In this document: positions 13,136 to 27,502 of the stretch, one piece after another
How positions within the stretch are numbered: position 1 is the stretch's first letter
Layout of the letters: the number at the start of each line of letters is the position of its first letter
DNA from: Bigelowiella natans CCMP2755
Lineage: Eukaryota > Protista > Cercozoa
Assembly: GCA_000320545.1 (NCBI GenBank)
Contig: ADNK01001691.1
Location: 12,206-76,205 of the forward strand
Length of the DNA stretch: 64,000 bases
Reading direction: 5' to 3'
The notes under the pieces: generated by a model
What the model was told of the DNA's origin: nothing
Seen by the model: only the letters and a program-made list of their open reading frames with translations
Databases searched by the model: none
Translations under genes and position numbers: made by a program

Positions 13136-14375
13136 GACATTTGCCACTCGGAATATAACTGCGGCGAGCATTAAATTATTGACTCGTTGCTTCCTTCACA
13201 GTTCTGATAATAGCCAAAACTATTTTATTATTAATAATTTCTCCAATTTCTATGATCGCACGCGCATGCACGATACTTGCACTATCGACGGTCACACGGC
13301 GGAGGGTTGATAAAAGGCTGCGGCCAATGTTTCTTATATCATGAGCCAGACTGTCGCTACATGAAAGAGGAAGGTGTATCTAGGTATGGCAATGCATATG
13401 AATGTATATGCTATGTACATAGCAGAGCTGCCATGGCAGGGAGAAGACAGGAATGAGGCTGCGTGCATTATGCATACTACGTATGTGTACTACGTGCATC
13501 GATCAATATGCACTAGTGCAGTCTGATCTAGTGATCGACGTAGTGGGCAATCATCACCCATCTACTAGCTGCTAGCCACGTCGCGTCGCATCGCTAGATC
13601 GATACGACACGCAATGCTTCGATCATTGGGCGCTGTCCATATAATCATTATAATCTGATCGAGTGAGCTGCGAGTAAGTTCACGTGGCTCTCTCCATGCT
13701 AGCATCATGCTCTAGCTACTACATGTCAATGACTAAGAATGAGCTGCAGTGGCCGGCCACACAAACGTGGCGCGGTCCAACAATCTGAAGGGGAAAATGC
13801 CCACGACCCACGCTAGTTATCACGCCCCATATGCATGCGCAACACTGATGCCTAAACTGACTCCGCCAAATTTTAAGAAATGTCACTCGTTGTTGCATGC
13901 ACGAAAGATGATAAAGCATTGTAATCTTCACTAATTTACAGGCAGCCTGCTGCTGGCCTGTAGAAGTAATTCTAGCATGACAGTTCTTTCGCTAGCGATG
14001 CGACGCGAATCGTCCACCCCACCCCGCCATGCCCAATTAGTCAGCGTGCATGAGCGCTGCTGCTGTTGCGGCGGGGTGCTACTGCCATGTCGCACGTGTG
14101 CATCGTGAAAATTCTCAAGTATCATAATCTGTTCTTACAATCATTACATATAGCTATACATATTATGTATCGTGTGCCTGTCGATCCACAGACGCTACTA
14201 CAACACGTAGTTGTACGTGGAGCCATATGGCTCAGCACATCGTAGCCGCCATGGAGCCACTACTGCGTAGTGCACGTCCCATAAGAACATGGCTTGCGAA
14301 GTGAATCGTCCTTCTCGATCGTGTAGTCGAAAGAGGCTGCAGCAATTGGTATCAGCGGGGTGCTTGTCTGCCAAA

Positions 14376-14414
<39 letters not shown>

Positions 14415-14434
14415 GAGTACATTCGTAAATGAAT

Positions 14435-14910
14435 TTATATCCTCTCCACCCCTCTCCCCCCCGCCCTTCCCTTTCTTCCTCCATCCCTGCGCATGTAACA
14501 TAGCAAAGTGAAAAACGCTTCCGTGCTGCATGCGCCGAGGCAGCACTTTTCGGTTGCGACAACAACATGCAGCTTCTCGCATAGAGCTTCAATCCTCGGT
14601 ACACATTCATCACCCCTTACCTCTTTGTTCTCCTCTTCCTCCTCCACCGCCTCCTTCTTTCTCGGTGGAAGCTCGACTTGGCAGTTTGGCGACGATTGAA
14701 CTCTGATCACGCACACAAGCGTCGTATCAACACGCGGAAAATGGAACGCAATGAGGATGTGAGCCGTACCTCTTCTCTAGGCTGTGGCAGTACGTTTCCA
14801 TGTGCTTCAGGTTTCTCTGAGTGCGCTCATGTCGTTTCTTTTCGACGCGAATCTCCTCTTGCAGCTGCGAAAGCATATACGCATCATCCTTGTCATGCCC
14901 GAATATATAC

Positions 14911-14984
<74 letters not shown>

Positions 14985-17549
14985 GTAGAATTATATAATG
15001 TCTTATTCCTCCATCACCCCTTCACACACACGCACACACACACCGATTTGATGATGGCCTCGCCATCCCTAACCCTCTGTGCGAGAAGCCGCGGGGACGT
15101 CTTCAACACAGCATTTGTGATTCCCTGGGAATAAGAGATATTGTGGAAATGATAGTCAATTCATCGCTGCTTTTGCTCGAATGATGTTGGCCAATAAAAG
15201 ACATTTGTGAAGGCAACCAGCGACTTTCAAAAACATCATGCGTGTGTGCTCGTTTCTGTGCGCGCGCGTGAGTGTCCTCATGCACACACGGTCCCTCTCA
15301 AAACGACGCCTTATTACCGTCTGCAAGTCATTCTCACGTTTCTCTTCTGCATTTTCTGTGCTGGTTTCGCGAGGGAGAAGCCTCTCGATGCGCTTCTTCA
15401 TCCGATCTCTCTCGCAGATCGTAAGATCCAGGCGGTGTTGGAGGTGCATGTTCCTTTCAGTCAGGTCCATCATTGGGGTGGTTCGCCGCTGCTTCTCCGC
15501 GGAGAGCTCTTTTTGGGTCGATTCCAGCTTTTTCCTAGCCAGCGAAAGACGTTTCTTCGCCTGTCTGAATTCCTCCCCCATGTGCGTCAAGCGCCCCTGC
15601 AGCTTTTCCACTTCCTCCTCGGTTTCCTCGCAAGTCTGCTCGATCTCTTTCCGATCGTCAATGGCGCAGTTGAGCTTCTTCTCCAGCAGTACCGTCTCCT
15701 GGTACAGCCGCGTGGAGGCCTCTTGCGCTGTCGCCAGATTCCTCTCAGCCTCAGCCTTCTGGCTCAGCGCGTCGTCCCTTTCTTTTGTGATGACCTCGAA
15801 TTGCTCGTGGATGAGCTCATAGCTCTTCTCATAGTGCCTCTGATCAAAGCTGCTGCTTTTGCCGTCGTTGACGCTATCGTTGCCACTGCTGCGTGCGCTG
15901 CTCTTGCGAACGTTCTCCGCGGACTGGAGGACCTTCTCGCGCGTCTGAGACAGGAGCGTCTTGAGGGATTCAATCTCAGAGGAGCGTGCTATGGCATCCT
16001 TTTCCTTGTTGCTCAGGCTCTTCTCCAGTCGCTCCTTCTCCGTCGCGAGTTGGGCAAACATTGTCTGCCGCTCGAGGCAATCAGCAGCCATCGTCTGCCT
16101 TTGCTCGTCTGACGTTTGAAGCTGGAGGCGCAGAGCCCCCTCCTCCCGCTGCTGCGCGGCCACCTGCTTCTGGAGTTTCGCGGTTGCTTCCTTGGCCTCA
16201 GCTAGCTTCTGTTCCATTTCTTGCTGTCTCTCCTCTGCAGCGGCTTTTGCCTCACCCAGCTCTTTGATCTCCTCGTTGAGCTTGGCGTTGGAGCTCTGCA
16301 GTGCGCTCATCTCGGCCCGCATATTGCCCAGGGTCTCAGAGACCGAGGAGCGGGCGCTTTCGACCTCCTTCGACACTCGATTGACCTCCTCGCGGAGACC
16401 GTCGTTGCTCGCGCGCATCACCACCAGATCGTCTTGCGTCTGGAGTAGTTCTGTTTTTAACTTGCCCTCGCTCTCAGATGCCTCTCGGAGACGCTTCCTC
16501 AGGTCGGCTACCTGCTGCCGTTTCTTCTGAATTTTCTCTTGCGCCCTTTGGTAGTCGTGTGTTACGTCGTGCTCGTTGCTGCGGCTTGCCTCTGCCCCGC
16601 AGGTTAAGTCCACCACCTGCGCCTTCAGCTCCAAGGACCTCTTCCTCGTCTCTTCCAAACTCTTCTCCGCCTTCTCCTGCAACGACCGAGCAACCAATAG
16701 CTCGTCGGATTTCTGTTTCATCTCCTCTTGGAGCGCTCGAAATGATTCCTTCAGCTCTTTAGAGATTTCATACTCTCGGCTCAGCGCAACCTCGTGATTT
16801 CGCCGCTTTTGTAAGTGGCCTTTGACTGTCAGCTCGGCCTCAATCTGCTCCTCCTCTAGTTTCTGGAGTTTCTCCTTGTGCTCTTTCAAAGATCGCTTCG
16901 TTTCATCGAGCTCATCCTGCATTAGACGCGCGCGAGCGACCAACTTAGCCTGACCTAACATGAAACTCTTCGGCGCCTTCTTTGTGATTGTGGAGAGCCT
17001 TCTCTTGGAGTTGGAAGAGGAGGGGTTCCTTCGTGTAGTGAATGAGGTTTCTTCGGTGCTAGGCTTCACTTCATCCTCTTGTGAAAACATTTGTCTCTCG
17101 TAATACTTGGTCCAGATTAAGAATGAACGCTTAAAGGTATCGAATGTGATGTCTTCCGACGTATTCGCCTCCATAGATCTCCATACTCCGAGAGATATCG
17201 TTTCGTCAACGAAGTCCCTACCTAGAATGATGCTGAGCCCCTGGTGGAACTGTTGGAGTGTTATTGTTCCATAATCGGCTTCGTCGAATATCTTCCAAGC
17301 ATCAACCGCTCTTCCGAACCTCTCAACGATGAGAAAGACGAGTCGCCTTTGTTCTTCTGATAGAGATACTATATTTTCCATGTGAGCGGGTTCGCTTCTT
17401 GGGATGGCTGCCGACTCGTGATCGGCATAGCTCATTCGATTTAGATTTCCCCCATTCTTCTCTGTGCCGTTTTGGAGAGGGGAGGGCGACCTATCCCCGG
17501 CGTTTTTGCTGCGGTTGTGGTTTAGATGGGATCCCCTCCGAGTTCTCAT
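14435..17549 (-). CDS. Long coiled-coil protein with an N-terminal EF-hand-like motif; 3' end uncertain
   Basis: 797-aa ORF containing AWKIFDEADYGTITLQQFHQGL (EF-hand-like) and then >500 aa rich in E/K/L/Q heptads. Further exons lie near 14727-14912 and 14600-14700. Confidence 0.65.
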
Positions 17550-19125
17550 TTCGGGACTAATTTCCGGAAGCCGGCAAACGTGGGGAGGTTAAGGAGTCTT
17601 GTTCGTTTCTATTCGAACAGGTTATCCAGCGATCAGATGGTTGGGCTGTTGCCTCGTCTTTCTGTATCGTCTTGAAGCAGATAGAGGAATACGTATCTTG
17701 CTCAGATGAAAGGCAAACTTGTTTCGCCTGGGCTTCGCTTGCCTACCTTTGAGGCTTAAAGACCGTTCGCCACTGTCCTCGAATGTTCGTCGAGTATTCT
17801 TATTAGAATCCAATACCAAATCGATTTTGTCCCCGCTTCCACGATTTGGTTGGCCTTAATGGAGGAGGGGGGGAGAGCTTGACATCTGTAACGGAAAAAA
17901 ACGCAGGGGATTTTCACAATGCGGGGTGCGATTCCCTCGCATTATTTCGCGAATTCGCTAAAATCTCGTGTCGCACATTTGCAAAATATCCCATTGGCAT
18001 GTCATTGTCGCGTGCCGAAAATAATATACATAAATTTAGTAATTTTAATAAAATAGAAATAGTAGATCTATTAAAACATGTTCATGATTTAAACAAAATA
18101 ATCAATGAAAAACTTGCCTTCTTGCTCTTGCTAATCAATTGTTTTCCGGGAGACTACGAGTAGCTCAAATCAGGTGTTCTTCTGAACGGGTTTGCTTAGA
18201 TGTTCATCCGATGCTTTTTGGCCAGTGGGCCCTGCAGTGAGGGCGGTTTTCGCCCAGAAAGTTGTCTTTTTCTTTTGACTTTTGACTGATGACCCGCGTG
18301 AATGGCTGGAATTCCCGTTCTTTCACGAGTTGCGACAACATCAACGTCAACTAATTCTTAATTTTCATTTTGGGACGAAAGCAACATCGCAAGTTGTGTT
18401 GCTCACCACCAACAGGGTGCTGACAAGTCCTTGCAATGATTTTTGTTGAGGCTCTGCTACGTGTATGTGCCTGTCTCCCATGTGGTTCTGGTGCATGTAG
18501 ATTTGATCAATGCTTTGTTCATCATTCATTGTTCATCATCGCTCAACATGCACCACGTCAAATTGTGCACGTGTCTTTGCGACCATGACGCACCTTTCGT
18601 GCTGTGTGATGGGTGGCGTGTGCAACACGCGCACAAAGCTAGAAAGCCTGCGCTGTTCAAGGCCTCAATTGCAACATGCATGCGGCGCTGGCATTCGCAG
18701 TGTGCAGCCCACACTTGGACATTGCTTGATTGCAGTCCAGCAGTGCGCACGAACACAATGCACGCGCCCATTCTGGCCTTGCTCAATTAGCCAAGCACTG
18801 CACTGCACACATCGCGGTCAAACGGCAGATGTGCAGACACTACATGCCACATGGCTACTCATTGCAAAGCCACGTGCAGTGAAAACAAAATGAGCCATCG
18901 CTGCTGTCACAAAGCTAGACACATGCGTGACAGGAGCAGCTGCGCCGATTGGACTTTGCCCTTGGCTTCGCCGACACTCACACTAATCTAGTAATGATCA
19001 TGCACGTACAAGCAAACATGCAGCTGTTTTTGGTCAGATAGACGCTAGCTCATGATAACGATGGTATTTTTTCCTTTGACGCAAATGTGGACAAATAAGC
19101 CAAGAAAGTGGCACCACACGATCGA

Positions 19126-20188
19126 CTACGGAGAGCATGGCGCCCACAACTCTAGGCCATAGCATCGAAAATCTTGGCTGCTGGCTAAGCACGGACTGTC
19201 AAACATGCTACACGGCTCGCTTCCCCCATCGCGAAGTTTCCGGTCGAGAAACAAGGCAAAGGTCTTCCCTCCAATCGCAAAGCATTCGTTGTCGCGTGCC
19301 AGTATCTGAAAATAGGACGTTCAACATACATGAATCTTGCAACTAAAAAGGGAGGGGAGAATAGGTAAGAAGAAGGGCAAAAAAACCGACGGGAAGATAC
19401 GCGAAGCACGCAGGGCCGAAACGGTCAGTAGTGGATTAAGGAAATGCTGTAGCAAGCTCAAAAAGTGCCTCATGAAAAGCAGTTTGCTTTTGAAAATGCT
19501 TCAACTTTTCTTCGAATACAATTACTATCATCACTACTACTACTGCTACTACTACTACTACTGCTGCTGTCGCTACCGGCTCCGAGCGGTCCTTTCCCGT
19601 CCACGGATAGAATAGTATTTCTTTCTCAGTGCCCTCGCCGATATCGTCTTGATTCTCAGTACCAGATGTTTTGCTACTTGGCGTCAGCGCTCGCGTTTTC
19701 CCATCATTTCCACTGGTGCAGCGGCTACTGTCCGGCAGCTGCTCTGCATGCCGACTTCGTCCCCTGTCCCTCCGCCTCCTCTCAAATAGAAAGCACTCGC
19801 CATTCCCGAAGTAAGAGCGAGCGCGGCCGACGGTGGTGTTTCCTCTGTGTGAGATCTTCGCCCCAAATGCTTTGCCGTTTCTGTCTTGAACCACCAGAAA
19901 GGATACGGGCTCATTCCTACGCAGCAATAACACAATATAGAAATTAGACGGGGGGAAGAGCGGTGGGGGGGGGGGGGGGGTGATTCCTTCCAGAACAGGC
20001 CTCATATTCAGATTTTTCTTTGAAAGCTAATTGCCACGGGTGTTGTCGGTTATCTCGTTCGAAACGGTGTGTCGTGCACACACGCCAACAATGCTAAAAG
20101 GGTACGGGGTACCTGATGCAGGCAAGAAGGTGATCCAGACATGTGCCGTTGTGGTCGAGGCTGAAGATACGTCTCCAGGTGTAGATCT

Positions 20189-20230
<42 letters not shown>

Positions 20231-23200
20231 GCTATCACAGTGTCGATGGGGAGCGACATACTCGCTGTGTCTCTACTGCTATCATTGTTCTATACCGTGT
20301 TACTGCGTTCGCAATCATCCTCCTCCTCATCATCATCATCATCATCATAATTTATACTACCTGATAGATGATCTTCATGTTCTCTATGATTTTCACGATA
20401 TCCCGAGTGCTGAGGATGTGCGAGCGACCCATAACGTCGATGCTCAGCACGCCATTTACAGAGTTTGCCTGGCTGCTGCTACTGCTGCTGCTACTGCTAC
20501 CGCGGCGCGAGGGAGACGATGATGAAGAGGAAGTTGCTGAGGACGAATGTCGTACGTTATTTCCTCCAGCATTTGAACGTTGGCTATCAGCACTGGCACG
20601 ACGGTCAGTGGTGTTGTCATCCTTCAAGCTTGCTGCAATCTCGAGAGCGTGTTTAAGGCCTTCGCATTGCTCGTAGCACGCCAGAAACCTGAGGACAATC
20701 ATGGCATCTTCGCCCCGACGACCTGCATCCCCCCCCGCCCTCCCCGCAAGCCGTCTACCGTGTCTAGATGACTGGAGGCGGCTTGGAAGGGCGAGGCCGC
20801 GATGACGGCCCGGACTATGACTTCCTGCCGTCATCATGCAGCGCTCTTCGCGGTGGCCATCTGCCTCTTCAATGAAGTTGAACCGGTTCTCGGTGCCACA
20901 CCGAATGCCTAGCAGGAGCACTCGCATCGACTCAAGCTGCCGCTCCCCAGATGCGCAATCGGCATTTTCCTCCGAAATGACAGAGAAACTGTCGTCAAAC
21001 TCGCTGTGCTCCCCGCTGCTGCTACCACTGCAGCTGCCGCCGTGTGGTCCCTCTTCCCCATTCGCCGCAGCTGGGTTTTTCATGCCTTCTTCATCGCCAT
21101 TGTCATCATCAACATCCCCATCGTCATTTTCATTTTTCTTCTCATCTTTAACGCCACCATCATCACCCCCGCCGCCAGTTCCAATGACGACTGCCGTGGA
21201 CTTCTGGCGATTGGCCGAGGGCAACGAGGCATGGCTGCAGGAGAGAACATCGTCGATCTCCACGCACAAGCTGTCTTGCGGCGCGGCACGGGACTCGAAC
21301 ACGACCACCTGGGACGTTACATGGAGCACCCCCGGCACTAGCATCTGCGGACTTAAATTTGCTCCCTGCTCAGAATGCTGGCCCGCCCTTCCATCGCCTG
21401 TGATCCTCATCACACTGCCCTTCCACCGGCTCCACCGCCGTCGCGAGGAGGGAGAGGGCGGGGGATCGGATGAAGACGACGAGGAGGAGGAGGAGGAGGA
21501 GGAGGAGGAGGAAGAAGAGGACGCAGAGGAAGAGTCTATGCGTGTCGATCTTGCCAAGAGCAGGTCCGTGGAATTCGGTGTGCTATTCACACTGCTTCTA
21601 CTACCACCATCACTGCTCCCAGCACTCGCGGTTTCCTCCCTCCACCCGCTGAATGATGACGTCGAATGCCGACTCTGCCGCCGCCGCCGCTCCGGCTCAT
21701 CGTCAAAACCAGCAGAGACAGCCTGCCCTCCCCCTGGCAGCACCCTTGACACCCCTTCCTTTTCGCTACAACTCCTCTCCCTATGCCTCAGCTGGGAGGG
21801 CAATGAGCCGTCTTTACTAGTCGATGACGAATCCGAATCCATCATTCCCCCCCTTCGGGTTCTCCTCCTTCGTCGTCGCTGCCGCCGGCATGGTTGGCGG
21901 GGAGGGGAACAAGGAAACCCAACCACCGGCTCGCACTGAGTCGGCATGTTCTGCGCGGTCTCGAGCAGTGATTGCAAGACCTCCACACGGTTGGAGATGA
22001 GCCTTCGTTGCTGAAACATCAGCCGCGCGCGCGACCCCAGCGTGGTTTTGGTAGCGACGATGCCCTCCAACGCGTTGGCGAGCTTCTGGGCGTGGTTCTT
22101 GGAATCGAGCCGGGCGCGCCTTGCTCGCGTGCGTCTTCGCTCGAGTGCCGAGATTTCCTGCGAAGGGAATTGTTTTTGTTTGTTTTAAAGGAAATAAAGA
22201 AGACAGTATCCCACACGATACTACATCTATTTATGGAAGTGAGGGATGGAATTCCGATGTATACGACGTTGTTATAGAACAACAACCACAGCTACAACGA
22301 GAACATCCTAATCGAAACCAAAGGATTTCTGCCTGCTCATTTCGTGATGAGCGTATGATTTGTTTTATATTAACAAAGGTAAAAAAACATTCTTCTTCTT
22401 CTTCTTCTTCTTCTTCTTCTTCTTCTTCTTTTCTCAAGCTCATCGCATTCGCTATGAGTATATGTGGTGCGTTTGCTTATTCGCAATTTCTTCATCGTCT
22501 CTCGTTCGGCAGCTACCACCTGTTGTGCACGTGCAATCTCGCAGTCCTTAGCTGTAAGAGCGGCAGCTACAGAGCACTCTTTTTTGTGATGATAGTTACG
22601 GCTCTCCTGGGCTTTGCCGCACCCCCCCTCCCCCCCCTCCCGTCGGTCGTCGCTGGCGATGGAGGAAGGCACACTGCTGCGGAGGCTAAGGGCGCGCTCA
22701 AGCGTGGCCACTTTTCGACCGATGGAGAGTTCCTCGCTTCTCGTGCGTGTCAGCAGCAATTGTGCTGCTTCTATCTCCACCTAAGATATAGAGATAAATT
22801 CATGGTGGTGCCTCTGCGGAGTCCGCGCAGGTTAGATCATGAGATGTTCTCGATAGGGGAAAAACCGATGATTTCAGCCAATTGACCCCGCAGCCCCCAG
22901 GACCAAAAGCTATAATTTTTTCCAGGCTAGCTCACGCAACCCGCGACAACGTGTGTTTTGTATATGCATGAGAGCGAGGGGGGATGGAGGACGTTTTGCT
23001 TGTGTATGCTTCAGACGGTTTTTCACGCGTAGAATGTGACAAAAATTATGGATAACCTGGATGCGCTTCCTATCGTTGAGCAGCGACAGAAAAACCTCGC
23101 TCAGGGCGTTGGGAACAGTCTCTGATAGGGAGCTCCTCCTCACCTGCTCGGATTCCAGGAACTTTATGTGGGTATTGACCTCCCCGCACTTTTTCTCGAG

Positions 23201-23394
23201 GGCCTCGATTTCTTTCCTAGCGCCGAGCATTTCCGCTTTTAATCGATGCAAGCTCTTGTGCAGCCGCTTCAGCTCTTCTTGTCCCTCATGCTCTAGATTT
23301 TGCCTCTAATGGATCATAGCAGCGGGGTGGCGGTGGTGGGGTGAGAATATTGTCAATTAGAATTCGACGTAAACTAAAGTAAAGTAAGTGCTGC

Positions 23395-23432
<38 letters not shown>

Positions 23433-24000
23433 TTATAATACATGCAATTGAAAATCTTCTAAGCATGCATTGAAATTGTTCCCTTCGCATTGTTGCCACC
23501 TGATCCCCCAGCCGGCGCATGTCGGCGACTAAAGCCGTTTGCATGGCTCCCAGAGAGTGCAGCTCGACGGCGTCCCTCTCCGCCACCATTCGGGCGCAAG
23601 ACAGCTCCTCCAGCAAGCTTGAGCGCTTGTACTCCAGTTGGCTAATCTGCTCGCATATCTGCGCCGTCCTCAGGGCCAGTGTCTCTTGAAACTGCACCTG
23701 CACGCGGAGTCGCGACTTCAACACCGCAACCGAAACCGTCGTTATTGGGTTCGCCATCGAGGCGTCACCGTCGTTCTCCTCTCCCCCCTCCTCATAGAAT
23801 TTATTTCTGCGCGTTGGTTGATGGTTATCGTGGAGATCCGGCCGCTCGTCCTCAGGAGACAAGTCGTCGTGTACTTTTGCACGTGGCGTCGCTGCTGTGG
23901 CGCGCTTTCTAGGTGTGTTGTGCTTTTCTTCCCCCCCCTGGGCCTTCATCTTCCCCTCATCTGCTCGATGGATTCGAGAATCAATGTTGGGCCGCTTCAT
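19126..24000 (-). CDS. TLDc-domain protein (OXR1/NCOA7-like C-terminus) with a coiled-coil N-terminus and a GRAM-like segment; start uncertain
   Basis: Exons IYTWRRIFSLDHNGTCLDHLL, FLVVQDRNGKAFGAK...YFGNGECFLF, FYPWTGKD and AIGGKTFALFLDRKLRDGGSEPCSMFDSPCL...FRCYGLELW* give the TLDc consensus. VPGVLHVTSQVVVFES is GRAM-like. Upstream coiled-coil exons lie at 22370-24000. Confidence 0.75.
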
Positions 24001-25223
24001 TGAGAAACAAGACCATCATAATGGAGGAGCGGTGCATTCAAGGCTGGATTCCTCGTCCTTGCCATGATCTTTGGAGGCTTTCAGCATAAATTGGTAGAGC
24101 ACGTGTCGATTTGTCGGCAGCTTCTGTTGTATCTGGAGTTATATTCGATCGAAACGCCACCTGACAGCCAAGGTTCCCCGTTATTCATGCTGAAATGAAG
24201 GAGGCGAGTATCTGATTACGAGTACACTCCCTCCGCTCGTCAACAACACCTTAAAAGCCTGCCAATTCCTGCTGGTGCAGAGCGGTGTGAATGTCGCGGG
24301 CAGAAACTTCACGCAGCAAAATTTTGAATTTTCAAAAAATTATGAACAACCCCGAAGAAATAAGTTCCCCGCAAATTCCTTCTCGGGATGTTTGATCAGC
24401 TTGTTAAAAAGACATAAAATCTTGTACTACGACAACAATGAAGACTTATCTCTCGCGCAAAGAGGGTCTTCATTATTTTATTGTAAATCGCCTTCTATTT
24501 TATACCAAAAGGCCAGTTAATCCCCGCTTCTCGCGAACAAGAAATCACGCACTCGAAGCCGATCTGCTAAGACCATCTGTATAAGCCGATGCGTTCTTCT
24601 TACTAAAAAGTGGCATTGAGCAAAAACATTGAATATGGCGAATATTCTTTTGTCGTTTGTATCAATGGTAGTAATCTTCCCCCATGAAAATGCAATCGTA
24701 TCCCCTGTGTACCACAACATAATCGGGAATTAGTGGGCCGCGAATATTTCAGCTCCATAGAGAATTCCAATCTTTTGTTAAAGTATGACTTGAATCTTAT
24801 ATTTTATTCTAACGTCATGGTACAAGGTACAATCTTATGGAGTAATTAGGAGTCTTTATGTCGCGTATATGCTGGAAAAGATCTGACTGGATTGCTTGAT
24901 ATTTTACTTACGACAACCTTTTCAGCCATTTAAAGCGAAAAATCTCCCAGATTTTCCGCGAAACGCAGTCTCGCACGATTTGGAATCCCTACCCTCTGTG
25001 CCCTCTTCGTAGACGATTAAGCCTAGTAGTGGTTGACAAGGAGGCCCCAAAATGAACGAGAATGAAGCCAGGAAGCAGGTTTGGAAAAGAACAGCTAAAC
25101 TGAGAGACCTTAAACCTGCATAATCTACGTTGGGAAGAACACAAGTTTCTAAACAAATGATGCAATCCTTGCCAGTGGTACGCCATTGTGTTTCTAATGA
25201 ACTTACCATCTCTTGACCTTTAG

Positions 25224-25540
25224 ATCGAAAATATGGTTCGATTCATCGAGCAAGAGGCCAAGGAGAAGGCCGAGGAGATTCTCGATAAGACAAATCAGGA
25301 GCTCGAGGCTTGGAAAAACGAGTTCAAGCACAATAAGAGGTTAATAATTTGTCATTCATAACAAGATTGCGTAATTCAAATTTATGTACACCATAGTTGT
25401 AATCAATAAATATTCTGTTTCATATCTGCATGAAAATTAATTAGTACTATTCCATCGGTTTTCATGTAATGAGTATCGCTCTTAACCTACCCTCTTCTCT
25501 CTCTTTACACAAAACATTTATATCAATAATACACGTATGT

Positions 25541-25593
<53 letters not shown>

Positions 25594-25617
25594 ATTCAAT
25601 AAAATACAAAAATTCAA

Positions 25618-25667
<50 letters not shown>

Positions 25668-25694
25668 CAGAAATTCAGTAAAATACAAAAATTC

Positions 25695-25737
<43 letters not shown>

Positions 25738-26857
25738 CATATGTGTGTCTGTGTGTGTGTGTGCGCGCATTTTCCGTTGTATATATGTGGCATACTGGTG
25801 TAATTGCCTTTGCGGTGCGTGAATGTGAGTACACCACTCGTTCCTCCAGCACCTTTGAGGAACGAACCGCAGGGAAGTGCTTATTCAGCTAATTCCACAG
25901 GACATACTGGAAGAGCCACTATCTAGCTGAGAAAAAGAGGAAGGAAGTAGAAGGCAAAATGTAAGTTGTTCACAATCCTAACACTTCTAGGCTGTGGAGA
26001 TCTCCGGACGCATAGATATGAGATCTTCGCTCTCCTTCCCATATTATTTCAGTGCTCAGTCGAAGATGAAGTCCTCGGAGGACGAAAGAGTCATGAAGGA
26101 ACGCATGGTCATCATGTCGGGCCTCAAGAAAAAGGCGATTGAAAGCATCATCAAAACTAAGAAGGAGAAGTCTTCGGCGTACAAAAAGCTCATGGAGGAC
26201 CTCCTCGTTGAGGTAATAGCATTGTGCCATGCTGGAGGAGTAATATCAGTCCGTTTGCCGTTCGATCTCATCCCGCTATTTCACTTCCTCCCCCAGGGTT
26301 TATTGAAGCTGATGGAACCCGCGGTGACCGTGCGCTGCGTGGCGGCGGATAAATCGATCGTGAAGAGCGTCTTGAAGAGCGCGGAGAAAAGATTCGTCGA
26401 CGAGATGACCGCTGCCTGCGAGGCTAACAAGACCAAATTTAACATGAACATGAACGTCTCGTTCGATGACAGTCCACTGAAGGACAGCTGGTAAGAAGAA
26501 AACCCGCTTTTTCCCTACATTTATTTGCACACACACAAACACGCACAATATGCACTCAAACACACACATGCACATGCACACACACATGCACATGCGATCA
26601 AATTCACCGCCTTTACGACAACTTTTTACTCTTTGATACGCAGCCTTGGCGGGGTGTGGCTCATGAGTCAAGCGTACACTAGCCGACCTGATGCTATCAT
26701 CGTCCGCAACTCGTTGGATGCCCGTCTCGATATTTGCATCGAAAACATCACACCAACCATCCGAAGCTTGCTCTTCCCCGAGGATGAGGCACGTGCTCTT
26801 GAAATTAAAAAATCTCGCGAAGCAGCGCTCAAGGCGATGATGGAGGAGCACCATTAA
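25224..26857 (+). CDS. ATP6V1E: V-type H+-ATPase subunit E, multi-exon; start codon not located
   Basis: IENMVRFIEQEAKEKAEEI, GLLKLMEPAVTVRCVAADKSIV and LGGVWL...IIVRNSLDARLDI...IRSLLF are characteristic V1E motifs. Confidence 0.9.
25545..25732. repeat. Compound (TA)n / ~30-bp unit tandem repeat in a V-ATPase E intron
   Basis: CAGAAATTCA(A/G)TAAAATACAAAAATTCAAT occurs twice, with (TA)n tracts on either side of each copy. Confidence 0.8.
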
Positions 26858-27502
26858 GTTGGCCAGATGGGCCTTGTTCGGCCTTTGTCTGGAAAATAGG
26901 GAGTAATAAGAGTTTTATGGAGAACTACGAATGCTTTTCTCGGCACGCCATGCGCAGCTATCTGACTGCTAGAGGGGATGTTCTCTAGAATTTCAAATTA
27001 TTGATCATTGCGCACTCTTTTGTAGCAAAACTTGCAGATGCACGTATTGATGTGCATATGCCTACATATAGAGGCACAGAGAGCTCTACAGATATACATG
27101 CCTCTGTACGCCGATGCTCATGTCGTATTGTAATAATGTCTAGATGTACGTGTACTTTTCATATACTGTATTTTGTTTAATATCTAAATATGTACGTCTC
27201 GAAGCACATATAGCTCAGATATGCGTGCGCATGCACGTACATTTTACATCCACTAAGGCCTATATAGCCTCATGAGGCAACCGTTTGCTTATCGAGCGAG
27301 CCAAGCAATGCACGCGTGGCGTCGTATCGTACCAAACTTCGTACACATGTGATATATAGTGAGCGATGCACTCGCTGTTTTTATATTTGCATGCCTATAG
27401 CTACATTAAGGTCACCATTGACCAAGCTTGCATTAACAATTACATCTGTCTCATAAGTCGTTGGGTACAGATGTGTACGTATATGCACCGTATCGTAAAT
27501 AT

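Noticed and set aside
15207-16112. Long plus-strand ORFs antisense to the coiled-coil gene (similarly 20836-21939 and 61870-62988)
   Set aside because: These are shadow ORFs of GC-rich coding exons on the opposite strand.
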